Of a DNA stretch of 64,000 nucleotides, positions 48,714 through 62,325 are shown in pieces; within the stretch, counting starts at the first letter, position 1, and every line of letters starts with the position of its first letter. The stretch lies in assembly GCF_026210795.1 (NCBI RefSeq), contig NC_089432.1:4340001-4404000 (forward strand), read 5' to 3'. Source of the stretch: Rhizophagus irregularis. Its lineage: Eukaryota. The translations under genes and the position numbers were made by a program. The notes beneath the pieces were generated by a model. The model was not told where the DNA came from. It was given only the letters and a program-made list of their open reading frames with translations, and did not search any database.

Positions 48714-51024
48714 AATGAAATAAATATACTGTAAAATTTTTTAAAATAAGCTTGAAGCAAAAAAGCAGAAAAAAAAATATTTTTGGAATGGTCTCTGAAA
48801 TTCTATTTATAAAGTTATATTATAAACATTATGTAACCAAATAATTCATTAAGTAATCTATCTCTAGTACAAACTAATTATTGTAGAGTAAAAAACAGGC
48901 AATAACTTTTTTCTGTTTGGTAATCTGTTGTACTCTTTAAAATACTGTATTACAATTTTTTGTGTCAAAATGATGATCATATCCCGGAATGCATTAGATC
49001 ATTGACAATCATATCTTAAAATGAAAAATTGTGCGTTTTTATGGATTAGTTAGTGCATTTTTATGGATTAGATTTCTAACCATAACGATAAGTCCAAATA
49101 ATTTTATATATATGTTAGTATAGTAGAGCAATTAATTCTTATCCCCCCTTAGTTAGAGCTTTATTTTTGTAACTCGCGTTTTGTATCTTTATTTTAAAAA
49201 TAAATTTATGAGTTGAACCTTAAAAAAAAAAAAATAGCAAAGCTAACGTTTTTTAGATTTTTTTTGATTGAAAAAGGAAATAATTTTCTATTTTTGCTTT
49301 AATTTATTCTCTTTTCGTAAAAAACTTTTTTTTTTGTTGAAAAAAAAAATAAAAAAAATTTATATATTTTTTTTTCATGAAAAAAATTTATAAAAATGAA
49401 AAAAGGAAATGGGTTTCCTTTTTAATTTATTTTTTTTTCCTTTGTAAAAATTTTTTTTCGTAAAAATCAAATAAAAATTTATAAAATGAAAAAGGAAATG
49501 GGTTTCCTTTTTAATTTTTTTTTTCTCTTTTGTAAAAAATTTTTTTTGTTAAAAACTTTACGAACTCTTTCCGCTAAACGTCTGGACCATATTTTTTGAA
49601 AAAAAATAATTTTTTATTTTTTATTTTTTTATTTTTTCGCTTATTGTTTATACACTTTTATTTTATTTTTACATACTTCAAGCAAAGTCTTGACAGCAAT
49701 GAAACCCATAGCGGTTTTATTTTAGTATAGCCAAAAATTTTTATTTTATTTTTTGGACATTTCTTACGCGTTTTTTTCTCTCTTCTTTGTGGTGTTCCTG
49801 GACTCAAGACGGTCTGGAGAGGCGTATTGCCTAGAATAAGCAAGCTTTGAGATAACGACAAGATGTGGACACTCTTAAGCTACCTTTTTTAAGCGGAAAA
49901 TAATACCTTCGACATACTATTATTATAATCATTAATTAATGTGAAATAATTAAATTTAACACTACCAAAAATAAATTTCTTTTTTTTTTCCTGAAAAACT
50001 AGAATTGAGACGCACCGGACCTTCTAACTGTTTCATCGCTAGTTTATTACTTAATTATCATTTGTAGAATCATTTAATTTAATTCAAGAATTAAAATTCA
50101 AATTCAAAATAGTTTTTAATGCAATTATATAGTAAATAATTCATATATAGTAAAGGATTTTACTGGTATATTATATATTGCTTTTTCAACATTCATGGCT
50201 TATTGTAAGGAAATACTTCTAAGGAACAAAAGTTTAATTCAAATTAAAAAGTTGAAGTTTATAGAAAATCTGTCCATAATTCTTTATTTAATTTAGAGAA
50301 AAGAAGAACATATATGAAAATTTTCAATAAAATGGAGAATACGGTACATTATTTTTTAATCCCTTATTTTTCTTCATAATACGAAATTCTTATTGAGGAT
50401 TATTTTTTTTAATAAAACCAAATAAAAGCTTATGGTTTATCACTAAATGGCTATATTATAAGTTACCCGCTACGACGCTACGTTTAACTTCGAAAATAAT
50501 GACTAAAGTCACGTATGCAGAATAGACCAATAAGAAAGCAGAATAAGACTGGGATATAAATTAATAAAATGGCAAGTTGATTAGTATAACTAAAAAGTTT
50601 TTTTACGCTGCAATTAACAGTAATGTATATTTATTTATTGTATATATTTAATTAAGTTTTTATATTACAGCGTTAACAAATTTTTAAAATAATGACCAAT
50701 TATGTACCTTTAAAATCAGTTATAAATTGTAAATGAATTAAAATTAAAAATAAAAATGGTTGTTATATCGGTCATGAATTATTTTTTTTTTTATGATGGA
50801 TAACAAGACAAGATTTTCTCATTTAATAATGTTTAAGACGAAATATCTTTTATAATAATATTTGTTAATATTTCCTTAATTATTTTTATTTAGTTATTGT
50901 TATTTATGATGTGATTCGTTTCAATTAATTAATAAAGGCACCAAAATCTGATTTTAAAGTCTTTAAATGGACTAAGGATAGGTTGATAATATATACATAT
51001 ATATATATATAGTTTTTACTTCAA

Positions 51025-51141
51025 ATCACCGGGGGTGATCATCACCGTTGGCCAGAATTATCAATTTTTACCGGCACTATATTTTTTTAATGCTGGTCGA
51101 TTGTCATAATTTCAGTCACCGTTGATCATCACCCCGGTGAT
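51025..51141. mobile_element. 117 bp fold-back element
   Basis: atcaccgggggtgatcatcaccgttgg.. is mirrored by ..cagtcaccgttgatcatcaccccggtgat; imperfect pairing extends over most of the length. Confidence 0.7.
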
Positions 51142-51465
51142 AGTTAGGAAAATTCATTTTTTTGCATTTTATCATAAAATTATATAATAGAACAACTGTT
51201 TACAGAACCTATAAATGAAATTTTTTTTTTTAACGTAAAAAAAATAATCTTTTTTTTTTCATGCATATCACATATCATAAATTGAGGTGGTACATTGTTG
51301 TTTTATGTAACATTTTTTGGGTTACGCTTGGTGAACTCAATAAATAGAATTTCGGAGTCATAATTCCAGCTCAGCCTTTCTATTCTTTTTTTTTTTTGTT
51401 TCAAAATCCATAACAGAAAAATTTATTTTAAAGAAATTAAACCTTTATACAGTATATATTTCATT

Positions 51466-53686
51466 ATGTCTTATGATGAAAATCAATCAGTTAACGCTGC
51501 AATTATTAGAGCAATTGCATTAATGGATTATAATATTTGTAATAATATACACAAACAATTTGAATTTGTGCGACAAACACTTCTTGATGATAATTCACTT
51601 ACAGAAAATGAAAAATATGAAGCAAAATTAATATACACTAAAGTTTATGATTCTTATAAAATTATGAATAATGATGGATCAAAAAGAATTTGTGATAATT
51701 GTAATCAAGAATGTTTAGCTACATTATACTGTGAACTTTGTATTCGAAATTATTTAAAAACAAAATTTTCAAATTGGACATCTGGAAATGTCAATATTGA
51801 TAATTTAATAAAAGAATGTCAAATGGAAACATTAAAACCAAATAAGATAATGGAATGGATTCCGTATAATAATTTAAAAAATATTAAATATTTAACAAAA
51901 GGTGGATTTTCAGAAATTTATACAGCAATCTGGATGGATGGGTATTTTATTGAATGGGATTCTAAAGAAAAGCAACTAAAAAGATTTGGAAATCGATGTG
52001 TAGTGCTCAAAAATTAGAAAATGTTAATAATGCAAGCCAAAGTTGGCTTGAAGAGGTTTGTAATTTAAACTATTATTTAACATTTTGACAATATTCTAAT
52101 AAGGTATTAATGAATTTTTTGATAGGCTAAATCCCATTTAACCCTGAGCACTAAATACCCAAATATTGTTCAATGTTATGGTTTAACACAAGATCCATCA
52201 AATGGAAATTATATGCTTGTAATGAATGAAATGGATACAAATTTAAGAAAATATTTACAACAAAATCATAGACAACTTACATGGAAAGAAAGAATTCAAA
52301 TTGCTGTTAATGTAATTAAATCAGTTAGAATAATTCATAAAGAAAATGCAATTCATAGAGATTTGCATTCTGGAAATATATTATTTAAAACTAGATTTTA
52401 TATTAGTGATCTTGGATTTTATGGACCTGCAGATAAACCATTAAAAAGTATATATGGAAATCTTCCTTATGTAGCACCTGAGGCTATTATTGGAAAAGAA
52501 CAGACTTTTAAATCTGATATTTATAGTATCGCAATGCTTATGTGGGAAATTTCATCTGGACAACCACCATTTATTAATTATGATAATGATTATGATCTTG
52601 CAATGAATATTGTTAATGGTATAAGACCAAAAATTGAACCGGGAACTCCTTCAGAATATAAAAATTTAATGAAACAATGTTGGGATGCTGATCCATCAAA
52701 CAGACCTGATATTAATACACTTCGGAAAAAAATAAATGAAATTAATTTATTTTATCAAAAAGAATTAGATGAACTATTAACTCAACCAGAAGAAAATAAT
52801 AGTTTCGAAATAGAACATCATACTAGCAGTAACATATTATCTACAAGTAGACTTCATCATTTTGAAAATCTTCCTGAACCAAGAAATGTAACAGAAGGTA
52901 TTATATTATGAACCTTGTATTAAATATTTTAAAAAAGTACTAATATCACGCTAAATATAATTAATGATATCTTTTTATTTATTAAATCGATAGGGGAATT
53001 AGAGGGTATGAATTATTTTTAAATTCATTTACCTTTTATAAATTATTAAATAATTAATAAAATTTATAGAATTTTATAGTAAATCATTTAACTTTTACAT
53101 TCCTGACAATAGTAAGTATTATTGGATTTGTATTATTTTATACTTTAAAATAAAAATATTTCATCAATATAAACTTTTTTTTTAGTTAATGATATTGGTA
53201 AATCGAATAATCAAGAAAATAGTACATCAAAAATAAGCACTATATTTAAAGGTGATTTGATATTTTTCATAAATAAATATTAATTTACGAATCATTTAGT
53301 TAATAGTAAAAAATTATTCAAAATATTTAAAAAGATTTTAAAAAATGGCAAGTAAAATGATTATTAATTATTTTAGTACGTTCACTAAATTTTTAGATGT
53401 TCAAAATGAAGATAAAAGAGAAATGATGCAACAACAAATAAATAAACATCATCATAATGTTAATTGTATGTAATTTATTTCATAATAATAGTAATTGATT
53501 TTATATTATTGTGTTAATTATAATATATTTTTACAGATGAAGATGATGTATATAATAATCCAAATTTTCATTCAGAAGAACAAGATACATTTGAACTTCC
53601 TGATGGTAAGAATTTTTTTTTGTAAATATTAAATTTTTTAAATAGTCCTTAAATTACTAAAATTATTTTTGCTCCTAGATATTTAA
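51466..53686 (+). CDS. TKL-type protein kinase paralogue with a 1-bp frameshift (pseudogene or sequence error)
   Basis: Same exon plan as its paralogues. ctcAAAAAttagaaaat at ~52005-52021 lacks one A relative to the LKKLEN of paralogues. Downstream HRDLHSGN/DLG/APE intact; ends ..FELPDDI*. Confidence 0.75.
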
Positions 53687-54639
53687 ATATAGCGGATGAT
53701 GAGATGAATTTATAAATATTATATATTATACTATTATCATACTTATTATTTATTATTATGATTTTTAAAGTTTATATTAAATATTATTTAAACACTAAGA
53801 CTAGAGTACGTAAGATTAGACATCTTTCAAAATTCTTAGTTTGTAATTTAAATAATATTAATAAATTACTGTATAAAATTATTTCATGAACATACGTCCG
53901 TATATTTAACAAGTGTAATTTGATAAAATTAATCAAATTGTTGATTTTTTCGAAATAATAAGTCCAAACCCGTGAAAATCTAATATTGCTAAAGTCCCAA
54001 ATGACTTGCAATACTTTTTCGTTCGAATCTGTTGCAATTTTCGTACTTTCAACATGAATTATTTGTCAAATCCAAACCTATATTTTATTTTCTTAGGATA
54101 ATGGCATAATTTTGCTACAAAAAAAAAAAAACTTTGAAAAATTCATTATCTTTTTACTTCAATAGTTTAGCCTCCATTTCTGATTACACTATAATGTTAC
54201 CATATTCAGTTTCAATTTTATCCGCCCTTTTATTGAGTTACCATATTTGTCATTCTGTCGCTTAATTTGATCAGTTAAATAGTTAAATCCTTCATCTTTC
54301 CCTTATTCGGACGAAAAGTCCTTTTTTAGGCAAGACTAATGAGTGAGGTAGATAACAAATATAGATTCGCTATAATTGTTATTATTATTATTATTTTACA
54401 AATTTTGATTTAAAATATGAGAAATCTTGATTTTACTCGTGCTATATGATATATCTGTTATCATATAATAACTGACGTCAGATATCGTGTCAGAAAATCC
54501 TGACAGTCAAATCTCGAAGATTTTTTTTTTAAAAAAAAGAATAATTTTTTAAATTAAGCGTATTAAAATGATGTATTATATTCGGTCATTTGAATCGCTA
54601 ATAAAATTACTATCACAAAATATACAAAATAATTAAATC

Positions 54640-55060
54640 AACACAAAATTGTATTTTTTCAAAACAATATGTAATTTGCGAACTTGTTATAATGATAATA
54701 TAAGTATTTTAATCTTTCAAAAAATTCGAGAGAATAAAATTATATACATCAGACAGATGGTGAATCTTTTAAGAAGAAACTTTTATAATTTAGAAATTCT
54801 TGAACTTTGTAATCGCAATTACTTTAATTATTTGCCAATTCAAGCAATTTCAAATTTATTAATTTAACAAAATTGAAAGTTTGCTAATGATAATAATTTA
54901 AGAGGAATTTATTTGCCAATACTTGATATTTTCCTTTATATATTTTAGAGAAAATAATTTAATATTCATTGCTAAATAAATAGAAACCACAATGTAACAA
55001 TTGAAGTGGCAACAAATAATACAAAATATACAATTGATACAACATAGTTATTATGAAATA
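54640..55060 (+). pseudogene. F-box/LRR-like gene relic (duplicate of about 58500-58970)
   Basis: Near-identical blocks (aattcgagag..aaattatatacatcagacagatggtgaatc; tttgccaattcaagcaatttcaaattt) in both places; Leu-rich translation with stops. Confidence 0.5.
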
Positions 55061-55851
55061 TATCTCCATAATTTCCATAATCATCGTCAATCGTATTATA
55101 TTTTCACAATTAAAATAACATTTTCAAATATTGAAATTTTACCGGTGTGGTTAGGGTCGACATCTTTGAAATTTTAATAATTTTAATGAAAATCTTGTTC
55201 ATAACGCAAAAAAATTTATTATTCATGCCACATGATATTTTAACCAAAATAATTTTGTATTTGTTGGTTATAAAATCGTCATCCCCCTTTTGAATTAATT
55301 TTTATTTAATTTAGAACTAGAAAGTTTTTTTAATTTATGGAAAGAAATGAAAACTTCGGAATTTTTTTCAAAAAAATACTAACACTTATATTAAATCAAA
55401 TTATACTAATAAAACTCCAATATGTTATGGAAAGAATCATTTATTCAATTTTATTCAAATAACGTCAACACTATACCGAATAAAAAAATTTGATCTTTAT
55501 TAAGAAGAGAGTTATATATATCTTAATAACACTCTGTAAATAATTATGTGACTTAATATTTTTATTATATTCTTTTTACGGTACGACATTTAATAATGTT
55601 ATATTTTTTTTTATGGCGTCATTATATAATAAAAATTACTGCGTACTGCGGTACCAAGGTGATCATCGACTGATTGTTTGGTGATACTAAATCACGCTGT
55701 ACGCTTGTACGACTATTGTCGGAGAAAAAAAAAATATAAAATAGGAATACACAATAAAACTTTAAATAAATTTTTACTTTTCATTTTTTTCTTAACTTTA
55801 TTATTAACTTATCATTATTCAATACGTTTGATAACGCTCAATAATATCAAA

Positions 55852-56880
55852 ATGCAAGATACCGAGTATACAAATAAACGAGAATTTAATGACACCTCTT
55901 TAAGTATTAATAATTCAGAATTTCAAGGAGATTTATCTCAACTTATTCAAAATTTTGATAAAATTAGTATAAAAGAAATTGATCCTATAGCAATATCAAG
56001 TATACAAGAAAATCCTTCAACTGAAATAGAGATAGTTGATGAAATAAATAATTTTATTTTTAAATTATTAAACGAAGGATCTAAATATTTAGTGAAACAG
56101 CAAGTTATTGAATATTTTAATGATCATAATATAAATTCACAAGAATTTTATAATTGGTTATTAAATAATCAAAATAGTTTAAATTCTATTTTTTTACTTG
56201 GATTTTTTAATTATCATGGAATTGAAACAAATAAAAATGATGAGAAAGCATTTAATTTGTTTATTAACTCTTCAGAAAAAAATCATATATTAGCACAATA
56301 TTTTGTTGGTGAATTTTATTTATATGGTTATGGAACTATAAAAAATGGTAAATTAGCTATTGAATATTATAAAAAAGTAGTTGATAAAAATTTTACGCCT
56401 GGACAAGTAAGCATTGGTTATTGTTATTCAAATGGAATAGGTGTTGAAAAAGATTTAATAAAGTCAATTTATTGGAATAAAAAAGCTGCAAAGAATGGAA
56501 ACTTAATGGCAATGTATAATCTTGGTATCATATATGAAGATGGAACTGATATGAAAAAAGATAATAATAAAGCTTTTAAATTGTTTAAGCAATCGGCTGA
56601 AGGAGGATATTTAAATGGAATAATGATGTTAGGATATTGTTATGATTTAGGTATTGGAACTAAAATTGATAAATATAAAGCATTTGAATTATATCAAAAT
56701 GCTGCAAATTTAGGACAAGATTTAGCACAAAATAATCTTGCTTTAATGTATGAAGAAGGAGATGGAATTGCTAAAGATATAGATAAAGCAATATATTGGT
56801 TTGAAAAATCTGCCAAACAAGGAAATGAGTTAGCCAAAAATAATTTAAGTAACCTTCAGGAAAAAATCAATAATTTATAG
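55852..56880 (+). CDS. SEL1-like repeat protein lacking the kinase domain (copy 2)
   Basis: ATG at 55852 (MQDTEYTNK); close paralogue of 43161-44204. Confidence 0.88.
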   Translation: MQDTEYTNKREFNDTSLSINNSEFQGDLSQLIQNFDKISIKEIDPIAISSIQENPSTEIEIVDEINNFIFKLLNEGSKYLVKQQVIEYFNDHNINSQEFYNWLLNNQNSLNSIFLLGFFNYHGIETNKNDEKAFNLFINSSEKNHILAQYFVGEFYLYGYGTIKNGKLAIEYYKKVVDKNFTPGQVSIGYCYSNGIGVEKDLIKSIYWNKKAAKNGNLMAMYNLGIIYEDGTDMKKDNNKAFKLFKQSAEGGYLNGIMMLGYCYDLGIGTKIDKYKAFELYQNAANLGQDLAQNNLALMYEEGDGIAKDIDKAIYWFEKSAKQGNELAKNNLSNLQEKINNL

Positions 56881-57018
56881 TAATTTTTTAATTATTAAAT
56901 TAAAACATTAAATTATTTTATTTACAGTGTTTATTTTTTCTAAAATTTACAAGTTAGTAAATACACTTTAAATATAAAATAAATAAATTGTTATAATTTT
57001 ATTATATATTCCATATAA

Positions 57019-57173
57019 CTAGGAAACGGAAGCCGTTGTAAGTCCGGAGCGAAAAAAAAAGATAAAACTCCAGATTTGCATTGGATGATGTCACGTGAAG
57101 GACAGAGAAACTCACGTGATCAATCATTTTTCATAATGCGTAGACATATATGGTCCTTCGCTTCGCTCCGGAC
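57019..57173 (-). mobile_element. 155 bp non-autonomous Helentron/Helitron2-type element
   Basis: Minus strand TT|GTCCGGAGCGAA..(internal)..TTCGCTCCGGAC ttaca ACGG-ctt-CCGT ttc CTAG|TT: asymmetric subterminal inverted repeat, 3' hairpin and CTAG. Empty site atataatcattt at ~44324-44335. Confidence 0.8.
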
Positions 57174-58269
57174 AATCATTTTTATATGCTTTTCTTTTAT
57201 GCTTAAACATAATTTGTGTATGCCATAATATCTAAAAATTCAAAAGTATAAAATTTTAATGCTTGTATTCTTTTCTAAAATTATAGGAAACTAATTCAAT
57301 TCTAAAATGATAATAAGTAAGTAAAACATAAATCTTAAAGTTAAAATAAAAGAAAGTTACTAATTTGGTTTCGATATTTTAGCTTTTCTAACTTTTTCCC
57401 AACAAAAAAAAACAAAAAAAAGAATTAATTAATTAAAAGTTTTTAAGCTATACTTATTAAACTAACAATTATAAAAATGCAACGATTATTACTGAATTTT
57501 AATTATGTAATATTTCATTCCTAATCTATTTATATTTTAGTATTTTAATCATTCAAAAGCTTTTCTTTTACAGAATTTAATTCTTCAAGTTTCATATCTA
57601 ATTTGAATAAGAATTTACACAAAATGACATAATATCTATATATTAATTTATAATATTCATTAAATAATTACTATCCATTTACTGATGGGCATTTTTTTTC
57701 TAATTTATCATTTATATAGGTGATTTTTAAAGGAAGATAAATTAAATTTTTGCGAAAATAGAATAAAAAGCAAAACAATTATAAAGAAGTCATATTATTC
57801 TTAAAGATTATCATGGCAGAGGAACTAGTAACTGAAAATAAAAGGAAAATATATAATTCATAATGTAAATTAAATCGCATAATATGAATAAGTCGCTTTT
57901 CTTTGTTTCTGTTTTTTCACCTTCAAATAAAAAAAGAAAACAATAGGTAACTTTCAAAGTATGTATTGTATTATTATTAAACAAATCATGGAATATTTTT
58001 CAGAAATAAACTGAAGAATCTTTATATTCATGTCTAGTATTTACTAATGGAAAGTAATCTGTGATAAATAATGTATTTATTCAGGAGAAAAATTATCGAA
58101 ATTCTTAACTAAAATGTTTTATTAAAAAAATCAAAATTTTCCTCATTATTTATTATTGAAAAAATAATAAAAAATGATTTTTTATTATTACAAAAACACC
58201 CACTTTTAAGGTTAGTTTACATATTCTTCAAGAATAATAAATTAGTATGAAAAGAACGTTAAAAATTAA

Positions 58270-58970
58270 ATATTTTAATATGCCAAAATTTGTGTATTTT
58301 CGAATATTCTGCATTGAAATCTTTATCATACTTTTAATTTTAAAGATTTAATATTATATCCTGTCCTGAAGAAATGATTCATAAATTAAAACGTATCAAT
58401 TTTTGATTGCGATAATATTAAAAATATTAAATCTAAAAATTCAATTATCATAATAATATAAATGATCTCTCAAACTCAGACTCAGAAGAAATTATGTCTG
58501 AAGAAAGTTTAAATTATAATGATAATATAAGTATTTTAATTCTCTCAAAAAAAATTCGAGAGAAATAAAATTATATACATCAGACAGATGGTGAATCTTT
58601 TTAAAAGGGTAAACTATTCTAATTCTTTAGGAATTCTTGAACTTTGTAATTACAACTGTTTGAATTATTTGCCAATTCAAGCAATTTCAAATTTATTGAT
58701 CTAGCAGAATTGAAAGTTTGCATTTATAGTTTTGATTATACGATGATGATGATAGTGTTAACGATAATAATTTAAGAGGAATTTATTTGCCAAAACTTGA
58801 TATTTTCCTTATATATTTTTAGAGAAAAGGATTTAATATTCATTGCTAAATTAACAGAAACTACAAAAGGTACTTTAAGAATTCTAACTATTCATTCTCA
58901 TACAAGCAATGCAACAATTGAAATGGCAACAAATAATACGAAATATACAATTTATACAACATAATCATCG
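58270..58970 (+). pseudogene. F-box/LRR-like gene relic
   Basis: Longer copy of the 54640 relic; coding-like with many disruptions. Confidence 0.5.
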
Positions 58971-59903
58971 TCAATCGAACTATATCTTCACAATTAAAGT
59001 AACATTTTCAACTATTGAAATTATACTGGGGTGGTTAGGATCGACATCTTTGTGAAAATTTTGGATAAAATCTTCAAAAAATTTATTTGATGATATTTTA
59101 ACTGAAATAATTTTGCATTTGCTTGTTGGTCATAAAATAATCATCCCAATTTTATTTAATTTAGAACTAGAAAGTTTTTTTAATTAAAACTTCAGAATTT
59201 TTTTCAAAAAATAACATTTATATTAAATCAAATTATATACCAACAAAACTCCAATATGTTGTTGATATGATTATAGTAAATTCATTCAATTTTATTCAAA
59301 TAACATCAACATTATAGCGAATAAAAAAATTTGATTTTTACCAAAAAAGGAGTTATATCTCTCCTAATAGTACTCTGTAAATAATTATGTGGCTTATAAT
59401 ACTTTTAATAAATTCTTTTTACAGTACGACATTTTTTTTAAAAAATTTCTTAATGTCTACTTGTTTGCAATAAAAATAGTAGTTAAGATTAATTACTTTC
59501 CATTTATTTATTCATTTATTTTTATTTTTTTTTTGACTTTTTATAAAGAAAAAAAGAGTAAGAAACTGGAATGGTTTTTAACCAAAAATACTTATATACA
59601 ATATTAAAAATAGACTGGTTTCATTTTTTATCTCAGCTTTAAATTTTTATATTTTACTTTTTATTATCTGTTATCTGTTTATAATTGATTTTTTCCCAAA
59701 ATTATTTTCTGAAAATAAAAAAGAACGAATTTCCACGTTTTTAAATTTCTGTTGTTGATAGATAGTATGGCAGACACAAAACACGTTTTAGCATGAAATA
59801 AAATATATATAAAAAATAATTATAATAGTTTATTTATGTTTCTAAATTTTTAAGAAAAATAAATGCTGTAAATTAATGATCTACAATTTTAAGGAAAATT
59901 AAA

Positions 59904-62177
59904 TTATTGATTATTTTGAAGTATCTCTAGTTTATTTTGTGCATTCTGATATCCTTGTTCAGCAGCTTTTTTATACCAATGAATTGCTTTATCTATATCT
60001 TTTGCAATTCCATCTCCATTTTTATACATATTACCAAGATTATATTGTGCTACATCATGTCCTAAATTTGCCGCTATTTGATATAATTCAATTGCTTTTT
60101 GTATATCGATTTTAGTTCCAATACCATAATTATAACAATATCCCAACATCATTATTCCACGTGAATATCCTCCTTCAGCTGATTGCTTAAACAATTCAAA
60201 TGCTTTATTATAATCTTTTTCAACACCATTTCCATTTCTATAACAATTACCAAGGTTATTTAATGCTAATATGTTTCCATTATTTGCAGCTTTTTCATAC
60301 CAATAAAAAGCCTTTTTTAAATCTTTCATACCTATTCCACATTTATAGCAATAACCAAGAGTTAATTGACTATATGATAAATTTTGATTAGCCACTTTTT
60401 CAAAATATTTTAAACCTAATTTTTCATTTTTCATAGTTCCATTTCCATCTTGATAACAATAACCAATAAAATGTTGTGCTAATAAATGATTTTGTTCTGA
60501 TGCATTAATAAACAAATTAAATGCTTTCTCATAATTTAAACTTGTTACAATGCCATGATAATTAAAATATCCAAGTAAAAAAATAGGATTTGCATTATTA
60601 TTTTGATTAATTAATAACCAATTATAAATTTCTTGTAAATTTAAATTTTGATCATTAAAATATTCAGTAACTTTTTCATTTACTAATTTCCATTCAATAC
60701 CTTTACTTAGTATTTTAGAAATAAAATCATATATTTTATCAACTATTATGCTAAAACCTTTTTCAGTTGAAAGAGTTTTTTGTTCACTTGATATTGCCAT
60801 AGAATTAATTTCATTTGTATCCATTTTATCAAAATTTTGAATAAGTTGAGATAATTCTCCTTGTAATTCTGAATTGTTAGTACTTAAAGAGGCCTCATTA
60901 GGTTCTTTGTTTGATAATTGATAATTTTCTTCTATTGAGTCTGTTTTTGAAAATATGCCATTTAGCCAATCAATTACTTGATATATAGTTGGTCGATTAT
61001 CTGGTTCTCCATCCCAACATTCTAAAAGTCAAACATAATTAGAACTAATAATATATAAAATTCAAAACTAAAAATATTACTCACTGGTATAAATTTTAAC
61101 ATATTCATCAGGAGTATCAGGAACAATAGTTTCTCTAAGACCTTGTGTAATTTCCAAAGCTAAACCAATATCATAATGCTCACCTTCAGTATAAAAGGGA
61201 GGTCGTCCACTGGATAATTCCCATAATAATATGCCAACACTGTAAACGTCACTCTTTTCATTTAATGAATACATTTGTGTTGACTGGTCATTATTGTTTC
61301 TTTGTCTTCTAAAGCTCTTTGGATCAACATAAGGAATTATTCCAAATAATTTAGATTGAAAATTAGATGATGCTCCAATTCTTTTTGATAATCCAAAATC
61401 TGCTAATTTGATTATGTTATTACGGACTAGTATATTACAGGAGTGCTATTAAAGAAACATATATATATTCAAATAAGTAACACAACTACACTATTATTAA
61501 TGGTCAAATAATGTTAAATATATTACCAAATCACGATGCACTATTTTTTCATCATGTAAGCATGATACGGCACAAGATAACTGGTATGCCATATTATATT
61601 TGTCGTTCCAAGTAAGATTATTAAAATTTTCCTCCAAATAACTTCGAAGAGTACCACCATCAGCGTATTCCAATACTAACTGATAATTATTATGATATTC
61701 TAATGAATAAAAGAAATAATTATCAAAATGAACTTTGTGAATTTTGCGATAAAAAGTAAATTATATTTATTAAGGTGACTTTAATAATACCTGATTCAAG
61801 TTTTGTTATCCCATAGCAACGAATAATATTATCATGAAAATCAACTTCGCGTTGAATTTTTAACTGAATAAAAAATAAAATATTTGAAATAAATATATTA
61901 TATAAAATTTTATAGACGAAAAAAAAAAATATATTATATATTAAAATACCTCACGAACTATTTCTTTCATGGTGAAGCTATTAAGACTAAAAAAAGACTT
62001 TAACGCAAATTGTTTTTTTGAATTTTTCCAATTTGCACGATATACATTTCCAAAACCTCCGGTACCAATAGGTTGAATATTATCAAATTCTTTATATTCA
62101 TAAAATTTTAAATGTTCTTTATCGATAGCTTCCTCAATCCAATTAATCCACTCATTTGTATTTTCGGTACCTTGCAT
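59904..62177 (-). CDS. TKL-type protein kinase fused to SEL1-like repeats (5 exons), catalytic motifs intact
   Basis: IGTGGFGNVY..ALK, HRDL|HSCNIL, ADFG, KSDVYSVG, CWDGEPDNRP, then SEL1 repeats (AQYNLGNMYKNGDGIAKDIDKAIHWYKKAAEQG). Intron positions match 9398-11673. Confidence 0.9.
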
Positions 62178-62325
62178 TTTAATATTATTGAACGTTATCG
62201 AATGTATTGAATAATGATAAGTTTAACAGTAAAGTTAAAAAAATAAATAAAAATTTTTAAAGTTTTATTGTGTGTGACCATTTATAATTTTTTTCGTAGC
62301 ACAACGTTATTTAGTATTACCATTT

